From: an uncultured Bacillota bacterium
GTDB lineage: Bacteria > Bacillota > Clostridia > Christensenellales > UBA1242
DNA length: 64,000 nucleotides
Reading direction: 5' to 3'
Assembly (NCBI GenBank): GCA_948465545.1
Contig: CAOJXO010000001.1
Location: 4,150 to 68,149 of the forward strand
The translations under genes were made by a program, and so were the position numbers. Shown piece after piece: positions 49,703 through 59,075 of the stretch; within the stretch, counting starts at the first letter, position 1, and the number at the start of each line of letters is the position of its first letter. Below the pieces are notes generated by a model that worked only from the letters and a program-made list of their open reading frames with translations, was not told where the DNA came from and ran no database searches.

Positions 49703-50626
49703 TTGAAACAAGGGATTCAAAAAAGAATTGATGAACGATTTAAAGATGTAAAAGGTATAAGCCCAGAATGGTTTATAAGATTTTTTGATATGCTTGATAA
49801 ATGTGGAGTTGCCCAAGAGACAATCTCAAAGGCGTTGGACTTTGCATTGAGTGAAGAAAATCTCAACTCAACTGCAAAAAGTAGCAATCGTGACGGTTTT
49901 AATAAAGATCCCCGCCATACACCCGCTATGCTTGACGAATTCTTTACATATTTGACAAATATATCAAATGAAATAGGGATTGACCGCTTCCGCGAATTTT
50001 TGGAAGATACCCTTTCACAAATGGAAATTGACTTTGATGATCTCTCAAAACAAGATCATACAAAAAACACTTGCTTTAAAAATTTATTCTTAAAATACTT
50101 AGTCAAATCGCACCCAAAAGATGTGCAGCTTATCAATAGCAAAACACCAATCGAAGAATTGTCGCCAGAAACTGATATAAGCACAATTGATTTGAAAATT
50201 GGCGGAATGTCAATCGGTGACATTCATTTTGAAGAAGTTGCAGGCAACCCACCAATGATAACTTTCACAGATTTGAGAACTTTGCCCGGATTGGAAAGAA
50301 TGGGCTTGGGAAGTTATGTTTTCAGAGAATTTTGCAAACAAGTCAACGAACATAAACATGGCTACTCTGTTTTGGCTTGGAATGTTGTAAAAGACAAAGA
50401 CGGAAGCAAAGTATATCCAAAATGGGGCGCCTACCCTGTAAAAGCCTATGTTGAGAACGATTTTTGGGAAATTGACACCACCCCACTCACAGACAAAGAA
50501 ATGGACGAATGGTATGGTGCCCATGGCAGAGCATATTATTTCTCGCCAGAGAAGATTGAAGAAATAAGCAAACAACCTAACAATCGCTATGGCAAACAAG
50601 AAAAAGTTGAAGAACTTGCATTGTAA
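49703..50626 (+). CDS. protein with C-terminal GNAT-like domain
   Basis: LRTLPGLERMGLGS acetyl-CoA motif A and YPKWG; TTG start. Confidence 0.6.
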   Translation: MKQGIQKRIDERFKDVKGISPEWFIRFFDMLDKCGVAQETISKALDFALSEENLNSTAKSSNRDGFNKDPRHTPAMLDEFFTYLTNISNEIGIDRFREFLEDTLSQMEIDFDDLSKQDHTKNTCFKNLFLKYLVKSHPKDVQLINSKTPIEELSPETDISTIDLKIGGMSIGDIHFEEVAGNPPMITFTDLRTLPGLERMGLGSYVFREFCKQVNEHKHGYSVLAWNVVKDKDGSKVYPKWGAYPVKAYVENDFWEIDTTPLTDKEMDEWYGAHGRAYYFSPEKIEEISKQPNNRYGKQEKVEELAL

Positions 50627-50641
50627 ATTTAAGGAGCGAAT

Positions 50642-51742
50642 ATGAATTTAGCAGAAGTTAATAAAAAGATTGTTGATAGAAGTGATTTGTTCTATTGGCA
50701 AGCTGAAAGACGTGTGACTGAACAGGAAGCAGCTGAAATATGGAAAGACAGACACGCCGCGATCAAAAATGACGAATTGTTGAAAGCTGTAAATAAAGCA
50801 CTTGTTGGAGAGAAGTGTGTTTCTATTGATGAAGTAGATCCCGAAAAACAAGAAGCAAATGGAAGTGTAAATTCAAATCGCATTGGATATTTGGCAAATG
50901 GGAAAAAAGTGATTATTCGTTGCCACCCACGCGGAGTTAAAAACGGATACTTCCATGTGGAATCTCTTGCTGCCAATTTGTTGGCGGAACATGGGCTGCC
51001 AACTTATCACACTTATGCAATCCATGATTGCGAAAATGAAAACGATTGTGCATTTCAAGTTATTGAAAGAATTGACGGAATAAACATTGAAAACTTTTTA
51101 CAAGCACACCCAGAGAAAGAACAAAAACTTGTTTTTGAAATGGGAAAAACAATGGCGAATATCCACAAAATCAAAGTTGAAGGATTTGGACCTTTTGATA
51201 ATGAACTTGCAAAAAAAGGAATTTTGAAAGGCGTTCACAACACTCTTTACGAGTCTGTTCTTGCAGGACTTGATTTTGATTTGGAAACGCTTGTCAGACA
51301 CAATGTTTTGACAGCAGAAAAAGCAAAACAACATAAAGACTTATTTGTTGCAAGCAAAGAACTACTCTCATGTAAACAGGGAGTTTTGGTGCATAACGAC
51401 ATGGCAGACTGGAACTTGTTGACTGACGGAAAAACAGTCAATGGTGTTCTTGATTTTGACGAATGTGTTGGAAGTGATCCTGTGACAGATGTTGCTTGTT
51501 GGAGTTTATTCTTCACTCCAAGCAGGTTAAAAAAATTTCTTGAAGGCTATTTTTCAATTGCGGAAAAGCCTAACAACTTTGAACAAAAATTTCAATTGTT
51601 GAAATTGAGATACTCACTTTCTAAAATGACTTTAAGAACAAGACGATATTCTTATGAACAAAGTGATTTCATGAAGAAAATGATTGAAGTTGGGAAAGAA
51701 AGTTTGCGAGCTGGCGAACAATATTTTGGATTGACAAAATAA
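50642..51742 (+). CDS. APH/choline-kinase family phosphotransferase, paralog of 45975-47084
   Basis: LVHNDMADWN, VLDFDE; shares IRCHP.G.KNGYFHVE with the first copy. Confidence 0.85.
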   Translation: MNLAEVNKKIVDRSDLFYWQAERRVTEQEAAEIWKDRHAAIKNDELLKAVNKALVGEKCVSIDEVDPEKQEANGSVNSNRIGYLANGKKVIIRCHPRGVKNGYFHVESLAANLLAEHGLPTYHTYAIHDCENENDCAFQVIERIDGINIENFLQAHPEKEQKLVFEMGKTMANIHKIKVEGFGPFDNELAKKGILKGVHNTLYESVLAGLDFDLETLVRHNVLTAEKAKQHKDLFVASKELLSCKQGVLVHNDMADWNLLTDGKTVNGVLDFDECVGSDPVTDVACWSLFFTPSRLKKFLEGYFSIAEKPNNFEQKFQLLKLRYSLSKMTLRTRRYSYEQSDFMKKMIEVGKESLRAGEQYFGLTK

Positions 51743-51758
51743 TTTTTTAGGAGAGATT

Positions 51759-52646
51759 ATGTTTAATAAAATCGTGGTTGTTGAGCCTGTTTATATTAAA
51801 AAAGAAGGCTTGGAAGAATTGAAAAAATATTGCAAAGAGATGAAAGTCTTTAAAACAGAAGCAAAATCAAATGAAGAGAAAATCAAACGCATTAAAGACG
51901 CCGATTGCATATTGGTGTCACATAAAACAATTATTGATAAAGAAGTTTTAGATAATTGCCCAAACTTAAAATTTATTCATCTTTGCTGTTCTTATTATGG
52001 CCCACAATTTTGTAAAACTGATATACAGCATGCAAGCCAAAAAGGAATTAAATTTGCGTATTTGCAAGAATATGGAGACAATGGCGTTATCGAATACACT
52101 ATTGCTTCTGTTATAAACTTACAACATGGAATATATGGCAAAAAGTGGCGCAAAGAAGTCAATGACCTAACAGCAATAAAGGTTGGAATATTGGGCTTAG
52201 GCGATTTGGGAACAAAGATTGCAAAAGCCTTTAATTTCTTCGGCACACAAGTTTACTATTATAGCAAGACAAGAAAAAAGGAACTTGAAAACAAAAATCT
52301 GATATATAAGCCACTTGATGAATTGCTGAAAACTGTTGATGTTTTGTCAATAAATCTGAATAGAGATGTTTGTTTAATTGGTGGAGATAAATTGAAGATT
52401 TTTGGCAATGACAAAATAATTGTCAATACATCAATCGGACAATGTTATGAAGTGAGCAGTTTGAAAAAGTGGTTAAAACACAAAGACAATTTTTATGTAT
52501 GTGACAACTCTAACATAAACAACAATCTTGATTTGCCGAATTATGAAAATGTCATTTGTCTTGATCGTGACAGCGGCGTGACAAAAGAAACATTGGAAAG
52601 AGCAACCGAACAAATAATCAACAATATTAAAACAAATTGTAAATGA
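51759..52646 (+). CDS. D-2-hydroxyacid dehydrogenase-fold NAD(P)-binding protein
   Basis: CPNLKFI and GILGLGDLG motifs; canonical NxARG and TPH residues not evident. Confidence 0.75.
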   Translation: MFNKIVVVEPVYIKKEGLEELKKYCKEMKVFKTEAKSNEEKIKRIKDADCILVSHKTIIDKEVLDNCPNLKFIHLCCSYYGPQFCKTDIQHASQKGIKFAYLQEYGDNGVIEYTIASVINLQHGIYGKKWRKEVNDLTAIKVGILGLGDLGTKIAKAFNFFGTQVYYYSKTRKKELENKNLIYKPLDELLKTVDVLSINLNRDVCLIGGDKLKIFGNDKIIVNTSIGQCYEVSSLKKWLKHKDNFYVCDNSNINNNLDLPNYENVICLDRDSGVTKETLERATEQIINNIKTNCK

Positions 52647-52654
52647 GGTAAAAA

Positions 52655-52981
52655 ATGATTTATGAATTGAGACGATATGAAGTCGCACCCGGAAGAATGA
52701 GCGAACTTCATGAAAGATTTGAAAAGCACACTTTGAGATTGTTTGAAAAATTTGGCATCAAGCCGGTGGCTTTTTGGACTTCTCTTGTTGGCGAAGATCC
52801 TAACTGCCTAACATATCTCTTGCAGTTTGAAAATTTGGAAGCCCAAAAGCAAGCATGGGATTTGTTTATGAAAGATGAGGAGCGCATTGAAATTTGGAAC
52901 AAAAGCAATGAGAACGGAAAACTTGTTGTAAATATTATAAGTAAAACCTTATCCCCTACGGAATATTCTCCTTTACAATAA
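52655..52981 (+). CDS. NIPSNAP-family protein
   Basis: MIYELRRYEVAPG start and L.PTEYSPLQ end. Confidence 0.9.
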   Translation: MIYELRRYEVAPGRMSELHERFEKHTLRLFEKFGIKPVAFWTSLVGEDPNCLTYLLQFENLEAQKQAWDLFMKDEERIEIWNKSNENGKLVVNIISKTLSPTEYSPLQ

Positions 52982-53009
52982 ACATTAAAAAAAGTTAAAA
53001 ATTTTTATA

Positions 53010-53080
53010 AAAACACTTGCATTATTTTTGCAAGTGTTTTATAATGCTTTCATAAACAAACGGTGCGTTTGTTTATGAAA
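53010..53080 (+). promoter_or_regulatory. promoter with two palindromic operators upstream of the lexA-like gene
   Basis: TTGCAT-17 bp-TATAAT inside AAAACACTTGCA/TGCAAGTGTTTT; perfect 15 bp inverted repeat at 53048-53080. Confidence 0.7.
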
Positions 53081-53097
53081 TACGAGGAGCCCGAAAG

Positions 53098-53694
53098 ATG
53101 AAAGTGATAAGCGAAGAAAAAGTTGGACTTGTGAGAGACTTTATAAAGGATTTCCAACAAAAAGAAGGACGAGCACCGTCTTTTAGACAGATTGCAAAGG
53201 CTTGCTGTTTCCAAAGTTTGCAAACTGCCCACAAATATGTTGCCATTCTTCAAAGTCGCGGTGAAATTGAAAAATGCGACACTGGCAAAATTGCAGTCCC
53301 TTTCAACTTGCAAAAAGGCCGAACTATTGTAGCCCCATTAGTCGGAGATATTGCTTGTGGCCCACAAATACTGGCAGTCCAAAATATTGAAGCTACATAT
53401 CAGCTTCCAACCGCCATTTTTGGAAATGTCCCAATAATGACATTACACGCCAAAGGCGACAGTATGATTGGTGTTGGAATCTACGACGGAGACTTGATCG
53501 TTGCAACGATTTGCAACGAAGCCAAAAATGGAGATATTGTTGTTGCGCTTATTGACGACTCTGCCACTGTAAAGACCTATTACAAAAGAAATGGAAAGCA
53601 CGTCTTACACCCTGAAAACCCAGAGTATGATGACATCTATCCAGAAAATCTTGTTATACAAGGAATTGTAAAACATAACATTCATAGTTTTTAG
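53098..53694 (+). CDS. LexA-like autocleaving repressor (element-encoded)
   Basis: APSFRQIA HTH, IACG cleavage site, GDSM Ser and TVK Lys of peptidase S24. Confidence 0.9.
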   Translation: MKVISEEKVGLVRDFIKDFQQKEGRAPSFRQIAKACCFQSLQTAHKYVAILQSRGEIEKCDTGKIAVPFNLQKGRTIVAPLVGDIACGPQILAVQNIEATYQLPTAIFGNVPIMTLHAKGDSMIGVGIYDGDLIVATICNEAKNGDIVVALIDDSATVKTYYKRNGKHVLHPENPEYDDIYPENLVIQGIVKHNIHSF

Positions 53695-53704
53695 GAGGCT
53701 TAAA

Positions 53705-53893
53705 ATGAAAACTATACACTACTGCCCCAATTGTGGACGCTGCATTGGCGAAAGCACATCATCAGATGAAAGTTGCTTGTGCAAAGTTCTTACAAAAGAG
53801 CCAGCAAAATTAAAGAAACATCAATTCATAATGAAGAATACCTGCAAAAAATGTAAAACTGTCATCTTTGTGTCATTAGAGTTTAAACCTTAA
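53705..53893 (+). CDS. small Com-like zinc-finger protein
   Basis: AGGAGG RBS; CPNCG...CKKCK in 62 aa. Confidence 0.7.
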   Translation: MKTIHYCPNCGRCIGESTSSDESCLCKVLTKEPAKLKKHQFIMKNTCKKCKTVIFVSLEFKP

Positions 53894-53980
53894 AGTTAGA
53901 CCTTAATAGTGGACCGCAGAGTCCCAGACGAATGACAAAATGTCCACATGGACCTTAATTGTCCGGATAATGAAATTTTA

Positions 53981-54038
53981 TCCTAAACATTTAAGGCCTT
54001 TTTTAATCCCGAGTGTTTAGGAACACTTGGGATTTTTT
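53981..54038 (+). terminator. terminator with overlapping antiterminator
   Basis: AATCCCGAGTGTT-tagg-AACACTTGGGATT plus T run; TCCTAAACATTT (53981) can pair with GAGTGTTTAGGA (54011). Confidence 0.75.
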
Positions 54039-54213
54039 CGTCAAATAACAAAAAAATGGCACACATCTGCTGTTTTAAGCATTTATCGTGACTATTTATT
54101 ATTTAGGGATATTTAATAGACTCAAAATCGAAACCATAATCTTGCCCTATTTTTCAGTTATTACTTATGGAAGGATTTTTAAAGATTTCTCAAAAAAATT
54201 AAAAAAGTTTTCC

Positions 54214-54238
54214 CGCGTCACAACCCATGTGTGACGCG
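54214..54238. promoter_or_regulatory. palindromic operator upstream of the HTH gene
   Basis: CGCGTCACA-N7-TGTGACGCG. Confidence 0.55.
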
Positions 54239-54288
54239 ACAATGACATAATGCCCATGTCAAATCTAAACAAAAGGAGGTGTTGTGAC

Positions 54289-54645
54289 GTGTTGAGCAGA
54301 AACATACAAGCTGACATTCTATCTGTTCTCGCTGACGGTAAGGTGCACACTTATCAAAGCATAGCAGATGAAATAGAAGTCCATAGAAACACTGTTTATA
54401 ATCATATTCGTTCGTTATCATATCGCCACAACATAGAAACCTTTTCAGGTGGAATTGACAAAGGCGGAGTTAGACTTATACCCGATGAGAAAATCAAAGT
54501 TGGATATTTGTCAAATGATGAACTGCAACTCATCATCAATCAGTTAGAGCTGTTGCAGAGCCCTAACGCAAATATCAAACAATTTATTAAAAGTCTTTCT
54601 TCACATAAAGATAAGGAGAAAAAAGATGAACGAAGAATTGTCTAA
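54289..54645 (+). CDS. winged-HTH (HTH_11-like) regulator
   Basis: TYQSIADEIEVHRNTVYNHI..L and G..GG wing; GTG after AAGGAGG. Confidence 0.75.
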   Translation: MLSRNIQADILSVLADGKVHTYQSIADEIEVHRNTVYNHIRSLSYRHNIETFSGGIDKGGVRLIPDEKIKVGYLSNDELQLIINQLELLQSPNANIKQFIKSLSSHKDKEKKDERRIV

Positions 54646-55138
54646 AAATGAAACTGAGCAGAGAGATGACAGCAAAGAAATAGTTGTCATCAAATATCAT
54701 GACAGGATCCACAATCAATGGATTGATGTTGAAGTGACAAAAGAAGTTGCGAGATTTATGGAAAGTGATCGCAAAAATAGAAAAAGAGCACAGGACAAAT
54801 TTGAACACCATAATAAACAAATTGACAATGTTTTTGTACCAAGCAAACCGAACAATGAACGTTTCTTGTGCGATCCAAATGCAGACTACGAAACTATTCA
54901 GGAAAATGAAAGGAAAGAAAAATTTGAAGAATTTGAAATTGAACACAATCGAGTGCTTGTCGAAAATTCTTTGGATTGCTTGACACCAGCGCAAAGAGAA
55001 GTTGTTGAATTGACTATGCAAAATCTCTCTCAAAACGAAATTGCGGAGAAACTTGACATCAGCAAAAATGCTGTGACAAGCCGAATGAGAAAAGCAAAGA
55101 AAAATATCAGAAACTATATCAAAAATACTGAAAACTAA
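54626..55138 (+). CDS. sigma-70 region 4 domain protein (ICE sigma-like activator)
   Basis: LTPAQREVVEL...LSQNEIAEKLDISKNAVTSR..KAKK. Confidence 0.85.
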   Translation: MNEELSKNETEQRDDSKEIVVIKYHDRIHNQWIDVEVTKEVARFMESDRKNRKRAQDKFEHHNKQIDNVFVPSKPNNERFLCDPNADYETIQENERKEKFEEFEIEHNRVLVENSLDCLTPAQREVVELTMQNLSQNEIAEKLDISKNAVTSRMRKAKKNIRNYIKNTEN

Positions 55139-55172
55139 AAATTTTTTAATTTTTTCAAAAAATTTTTGCAAA

Positions 55173-55262
55173 ACCCGGTAAGCGATTTCAAAAAACTGTC
55201 CCTATATAGTATGAAGGGGCAAAAAAGTTTTCATTGAGTTTTGATATTGAACTAAAACTCAA
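55173..55262 (+). promoter_or_regulatory. probable transfer-operon promoter or oriT region
   Basis: intergenic CCCTATATAGTATGAAGGGG and TTGAGTTTT/AAAACTCAA inverted repeat upstream of the relaxosome genes. Confidence 0.35.
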
Positions 55263-55282
55263 AAAATTTTTAAGGAGACATT

Positions 55283-55723
55283 ATGAACGAACAATATACC
55301 ATTCGTGTTTATGACACGAGACTTGTTTCAAAAGTTGAAGAACTCTACAAAAATTGCAGAGATATTTACACGTCAAAAAATCCATTTATGGTTGATTGCT
55401 TGGTGAGAGGCATGGAAGTTATTGAAAGAGAATTGTTTGGCACAAGCGAAACTGACAATGTTGATGAACTTTACAATGAAGTTAAACTCACTGTCAAAAA
55501 ACTTGATAATCTCTTGAAACTTTGTGAGAAGTCAGCAAAGGAAAGCATAGCAAACATTCAAATCAATCAAAGACTTTTGTCTTGCAACTACAACATGCTT
55601 TTGGGCTTGTCAGAAAATAAGCCAAAAAGAAAAGAAGAAGTTGACGGTGGTTGGTGTGACAATCTTCCTACCCGCTTGGAAGAAGTCATGGAAGAACTCA
55701 TACAACATTTTTCAAGTAAATGA
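55283..55723 (+). CDS. hypothetical protein, possible relaxosome accessory factor
   Basis: AGGAG RBS; ATGA-coupled to the relaxase; strand-helix-helix-like N-terminus. Confidence 0.6.
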   Translation: MNEQYTIRVYDTRLVSKVEELYKNCRDIYTSKNPFMVDCLVRGMEVIERELFGTSETDNVDELYNEVKLTVKKLDNLLKLCEKSAKESIANIQINQRLLSCNYNMLLGLSENKPKRKEEVDGGWCDNLPTRLEEVMEELIQHFSSK

Positions 55724-56910
55724 GTGTGCCAAATGTAAATCTGTTTCTTGGCTATGTTGATTGTTTGAAAGGTAAAAACAGCAAAGACAGATATGTAAAA
55801 GAAAACTTTGAAGCGCGAAGATTTTACACCGCAGGAAAAGACTATGACTATGTCAAATATGTGCAAAATGGAAGTAAAGAAAAAATAGATTTTGTTGACT
55901 ATTCTGGAAACGAAGAAAAAAGTAAAGGCATTTTCAATGAAAATGGCCTTATGAATGAACAACAAATAAAAGAATTGCGAACAAAACTACGAGACTCTGA
56001 CAGCACAATTTGGCATGGTGTTATTTCCTTTACAGAAGAATTTGGAGACAACTTTTGCGATAATTATGAAAAGGCCTACAACCTTATGAAAACGCAGTTG
56101 CCAAAGTTTTTTCAATATGCAGGACTAAATCCAGACAATATGATCTGGTTTGCAGGCTTGCATGAAAACACTGACAACAAGCATATTCATTTCTCTTTCT
56201 TTGAGAAAGCCCCTTTAAGAACGAGACAAGGCCGCAAAGGCAAATTCTATTCGCAGGGCCTTTTATATAAAACTGCCCTACGCCGCTTTAAAGTCTCCAT
56301 TGAACTACATTTGCTGAACATCTACAAAGAAATAGGCAAAAACAGACAGTCTCTCACAAACTCAATGAAAGAAGGACTAAATATAGGAGCATTTATGAAA
56401 AATATAAAATCTCTCATTTTCATTCTTCCAGATAAAGGAAGATTAAGCTATGAAAGCGAAAACATTAAGCCATTCAAGCCACAAATTGATTTGATCGTAA
56501 ATTCAATCATTCACGCAAACAAAGACTTAAAAGAAAAATTTGATAACTTTGAGAAAATCCTAACTGTTAGAGATAACGAACTCTTGAAAGCATATTCCAA
56601 ACTGAAAATCAATTATTCAGACAAACTTTTGCATGACAAGTGTATAAATGACATTTATCGCAGACTTGGAAATCTCGTTTTGTTGACGGTAAAAGAAATC
56701 CGCTTTGAACAACAACGATTGGATTATGAAACAAGAAATCGTCTCATAAGAAAACGAATTGACAAAATCAAAAGAAAAGCGCTTATCAAAAAGTGTGTGC
56801 AACTAAGTGATCTTGTCAACCGAGAAATCATCTCTGCATTTCAAGAATATTTGGATAAACTTGAAGAAGCAAATTTCAAAATCATGAAAGAAGAAGGACT
56901 TTTGGATTGA
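55720..56910 (+). CDS. MobL-type HUH relaxase
   Basis: DYVKY, IWHGVISF and HENTDNKHIHF motifs. Confidence 0.85.
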   Translation: MSVPNVNLFLGYVDCLKGKNSKDRYVKENFEARRFYTAGKDYDYVKYVQNGSKEKIDFVDYSGNEEKSKGIFNENGLMNEQQIKELRTKLRDSDSTIWHGVISFTEEFGDNFCDNYEKAYNLMKTQLPKFFQYAGLNPDNMIWFAGLHENTDNKHIHFSFFEKAPLRTRQGRKGKFYSQGLLYKTALRRFKVSIELHLLNIYKEIGKNRQSLTNSMKEGLNIGAFMKNIKSLIFILPDKGRLSYESENIKPFKPQIDLIVNSIIHANKDLKEKFDNFEKILTVRDNELLKAYSKLKINYSDKLLHDKCINDIYRRLGNLVLLTVKEIRFEQQRLDYETRNRLIRKRIDKIKRKALIKKCVQLSDLVNREIISAFQEYLDKLEEANFKIMKEEGLLD

Positions 56911-59075
56911 AGATTTTGAAAAAAGTCATTATCGGACTTGCCATTTTTCTCGCTTGCTTTGTTTGTGGATATTTTGTCAATATGTTTGTTTCAAACAATT
57001 TTGTGTTTGAATTTAAACTTGATCCTGCTTTGCTTGTTGCAGGAAAAACTTGGCTTTACACTTTGTTTCTTGTGTCGATTTTCTTTGTTCTATGGTTGTT
57101 TGCTTGGTTTAAAGGGATTGGAAAAAATCCCAAGACAATCATGCAAGCCAATGAAAAAGATAAAGATATTTACACAGGACTTGAACAAGCACATTTTCAA
57201 ACAGATAAAGAAATTCAACAAAATTTCAAAACAGTTGATTATATCAACTTGCCAAAAACTGACATTGAAGGAATACCGGTAAAAGCCGAAGAAACTGCAA
57301 AGGGATATAAAATCACTTTTGCAAAGCCCGCGCACACTCTCATCATTGGAACAACGGGCTCTGGTAAAACAACAACTTTCATCAATCCCGTTGTGCAGAT
57401 TTTATCACACACTCAAAATCAACCGTCAATGCTGCTTTCCGATCCAAAGGGCGAATTGTATGCTTTGCACGCTAAAAGCCTTATAAATCGTGGCTATGAT
57501 GTGACAGTGCTTGATTTGAGAAACCCTTATTGCTCAATCCGTTGGAATCCACTTGAAAGACCTTTTTTGCTTTATCAAGAAATGCTTTCCTTAGATGATA
57601 AAGTCCATTTGAACGAAGAAGAAGGATATTATGTTTTTGAAGGAAAGATTTATTACAGCGAAGAAGAAAAAAGCGCTGCTGTGCAAGTGAGAAAACAAGA
57701 AATCTTTGATGAAGTATATGAGGACTTGAACGACATCTGTTCTGTTCTCTGCCCCGTCACAAATAAGTCAGAGCCAATTTGGGAAAGTGGTGCCAAGAAC
57801 TTTATTCTTGCGATTACTCTTGCCATGCTTGAAGACAGCGAAAATCCTAAGCTTGAAATGACAAAAGAAAAATTTAATTTCTACAACATTATGAAGATTG
57901 CCACAAACACGCAAAACGATTGTGAAGATCTTATGGACTATTTCAAAAATAGAAGCCCGATTTCAAAAAGTGTCAGTCTTTCAAAACAAGTGCTTGACGC
58001 CAGCGATAAAACAAGAGGATCTTATCTGTCAACAATCTTTGACAAACTTTCAATGTTTAGCGACATGAGTATTTGTTCTTTGACAAGTGCAAACGAAATC
58101 AATTTTGGCGAAATTGCAACAAAGCCAACAGCTTTATTCTTGCAAATCCCAGATGAGAAAGAAACAAGACATACACTTGCTGCCATGGTTATTTTGCAAG
58201 CCTACAAAGCACTTGTCGCAAAAGCAAACACCTACCCAGACTTGTCTTTGCCAAGAAGTGTTTACTTTCTTCTTGACGAATTTGGCAACCTGCCAAAAGT
58301 CCACAAACTTGAACAGATGATCACTGTTGGCCGAAGCAGAAAAATTTGGCTTTCTCTTGTTGTGCAATCTTACGCCCAACTTGCGAAAGTTTATGATGAC
58401 AAAAGCGCTGACATTATCAAATCAAACTGCAACATTCAAATTTTCATTGGAACAACCGATTTGAAAACTATTGAAGAATTTTCAAAGAAATGTGGCAATT
58501 TTTCGATAATTCAGCGAGGAGTTAGCTTTTCTTCGTCAAATGACAATATTGGAAGCTCTGTGAGTGTTAAAGAAAGACCACTCATATATCCAACGGAATT
58601 GCAACAACTCAACAGCCCAGACAATATGGGAAATGCAATTGTCAATGTGTTTGGCTTTTCGCCAATACGAAGCAAATACACGCCAAGTTATAAAAGCAAA
58701 TACTTTGTTTTGGAAAAGACAAATCAACTTTTATCCGAAGGCAAGTATTTCAATGAAAAGCAAGTCTTTTACGATATGCTTGAAAGGAACAGAAGTGTTA
58801 TGCGAAGGGACAAACATGAAACTTTCAAATTTGACATTACGCCATTCATTGAAAGTTTTAAAATCCAAATTGAGAAATTTGACTTTGAAAGTTTAGGCTG
58901 TTTTGAATATAAATTTGAACTATTGAAAGCACTTGACAATCACAATTTTGACTTGGTTAATCAACGAGTGCAAGAAATAGCAAAAATGATTGAAAAGACT
59001 GGAACAGACGATTATGGATACGCTACAAACCTTATTATGAAAGCTGAACAATTAAAAAGGTTGGTGAAACAATGA
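56907..59075 (+). CDS. VirD4/TraG type IV coupling protein
   Basis: two N-terminal TMs, GTTGSGKT, DPKGEL, WNPL, LLDEFGN, GRSR, QSYAQL. Confidence 0.93.
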   Translation: MKILKKVIIGLAIFLACFVCGYFVNMFVSNNFVFEFKLDPALLVAGKTWLYTLFLVSIFFVLWLFAWFKGIGKNPKTIMQANEKDKDIYTGLEQAHFQTDKEIQQNFKTVDYINLPKTDIEGIPVKAEETAKGYKITFAKPAHTLIIGTTGSGKTTTFINPVVQILSHTQNQPSMLLSDPKGELYALHAKSLINRGYDVTVLDLRNPYCSIRWNPLERPFLLYQEMLSLDDKVHLNEEEGYYVFEGKIYYSEEEKSAAVQVRKQEIFDEVYEDLNDICSVLCPVTNKSEPIWESGAKNFILAITLAMLEDSENPKLEMTKEKFNFYNIMKIATNTQNDCEDLMDYFKNRSPISKSVSLSKQVLDASDKTRGSYLSTIFDKLSMFSDMSICSLTSANEINFGEIATKPTALFLQIPDEKETRHTLAAMVILQAYKALVAKANTYPDLSLPRSVYFLLDEFGNLPKVHKLEQMITVGRSRKIWLSLVVQSYAQLAKVYDDKSADIIKSNCNIQIFIGTTDLKTIEEFSKKCGNFSIIQRGVSFSSSNDNIGSSVSVKERPLIYPTELQQLNSPDNMGNAIVNVFGFSPIRSKYTPSYKSKYFVLEKTNQLLSEGKYFNEKQVFYDMLERNRSVMRRDKHETFKFDITPFIESFKIQIEKFDFESLGCFEYKFELLKALDNHNFDLVNQRVQEIAKMIEKTGTDDYGYATNLIMKAEQLKRLVKQ

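Noticed and set aside
45975-51742. Aminoglycoside resistance genes
   Set aside because: Only generic APH/choline-kinase motifs; the proteins are about 370 aa and embedded in a metabolic operon
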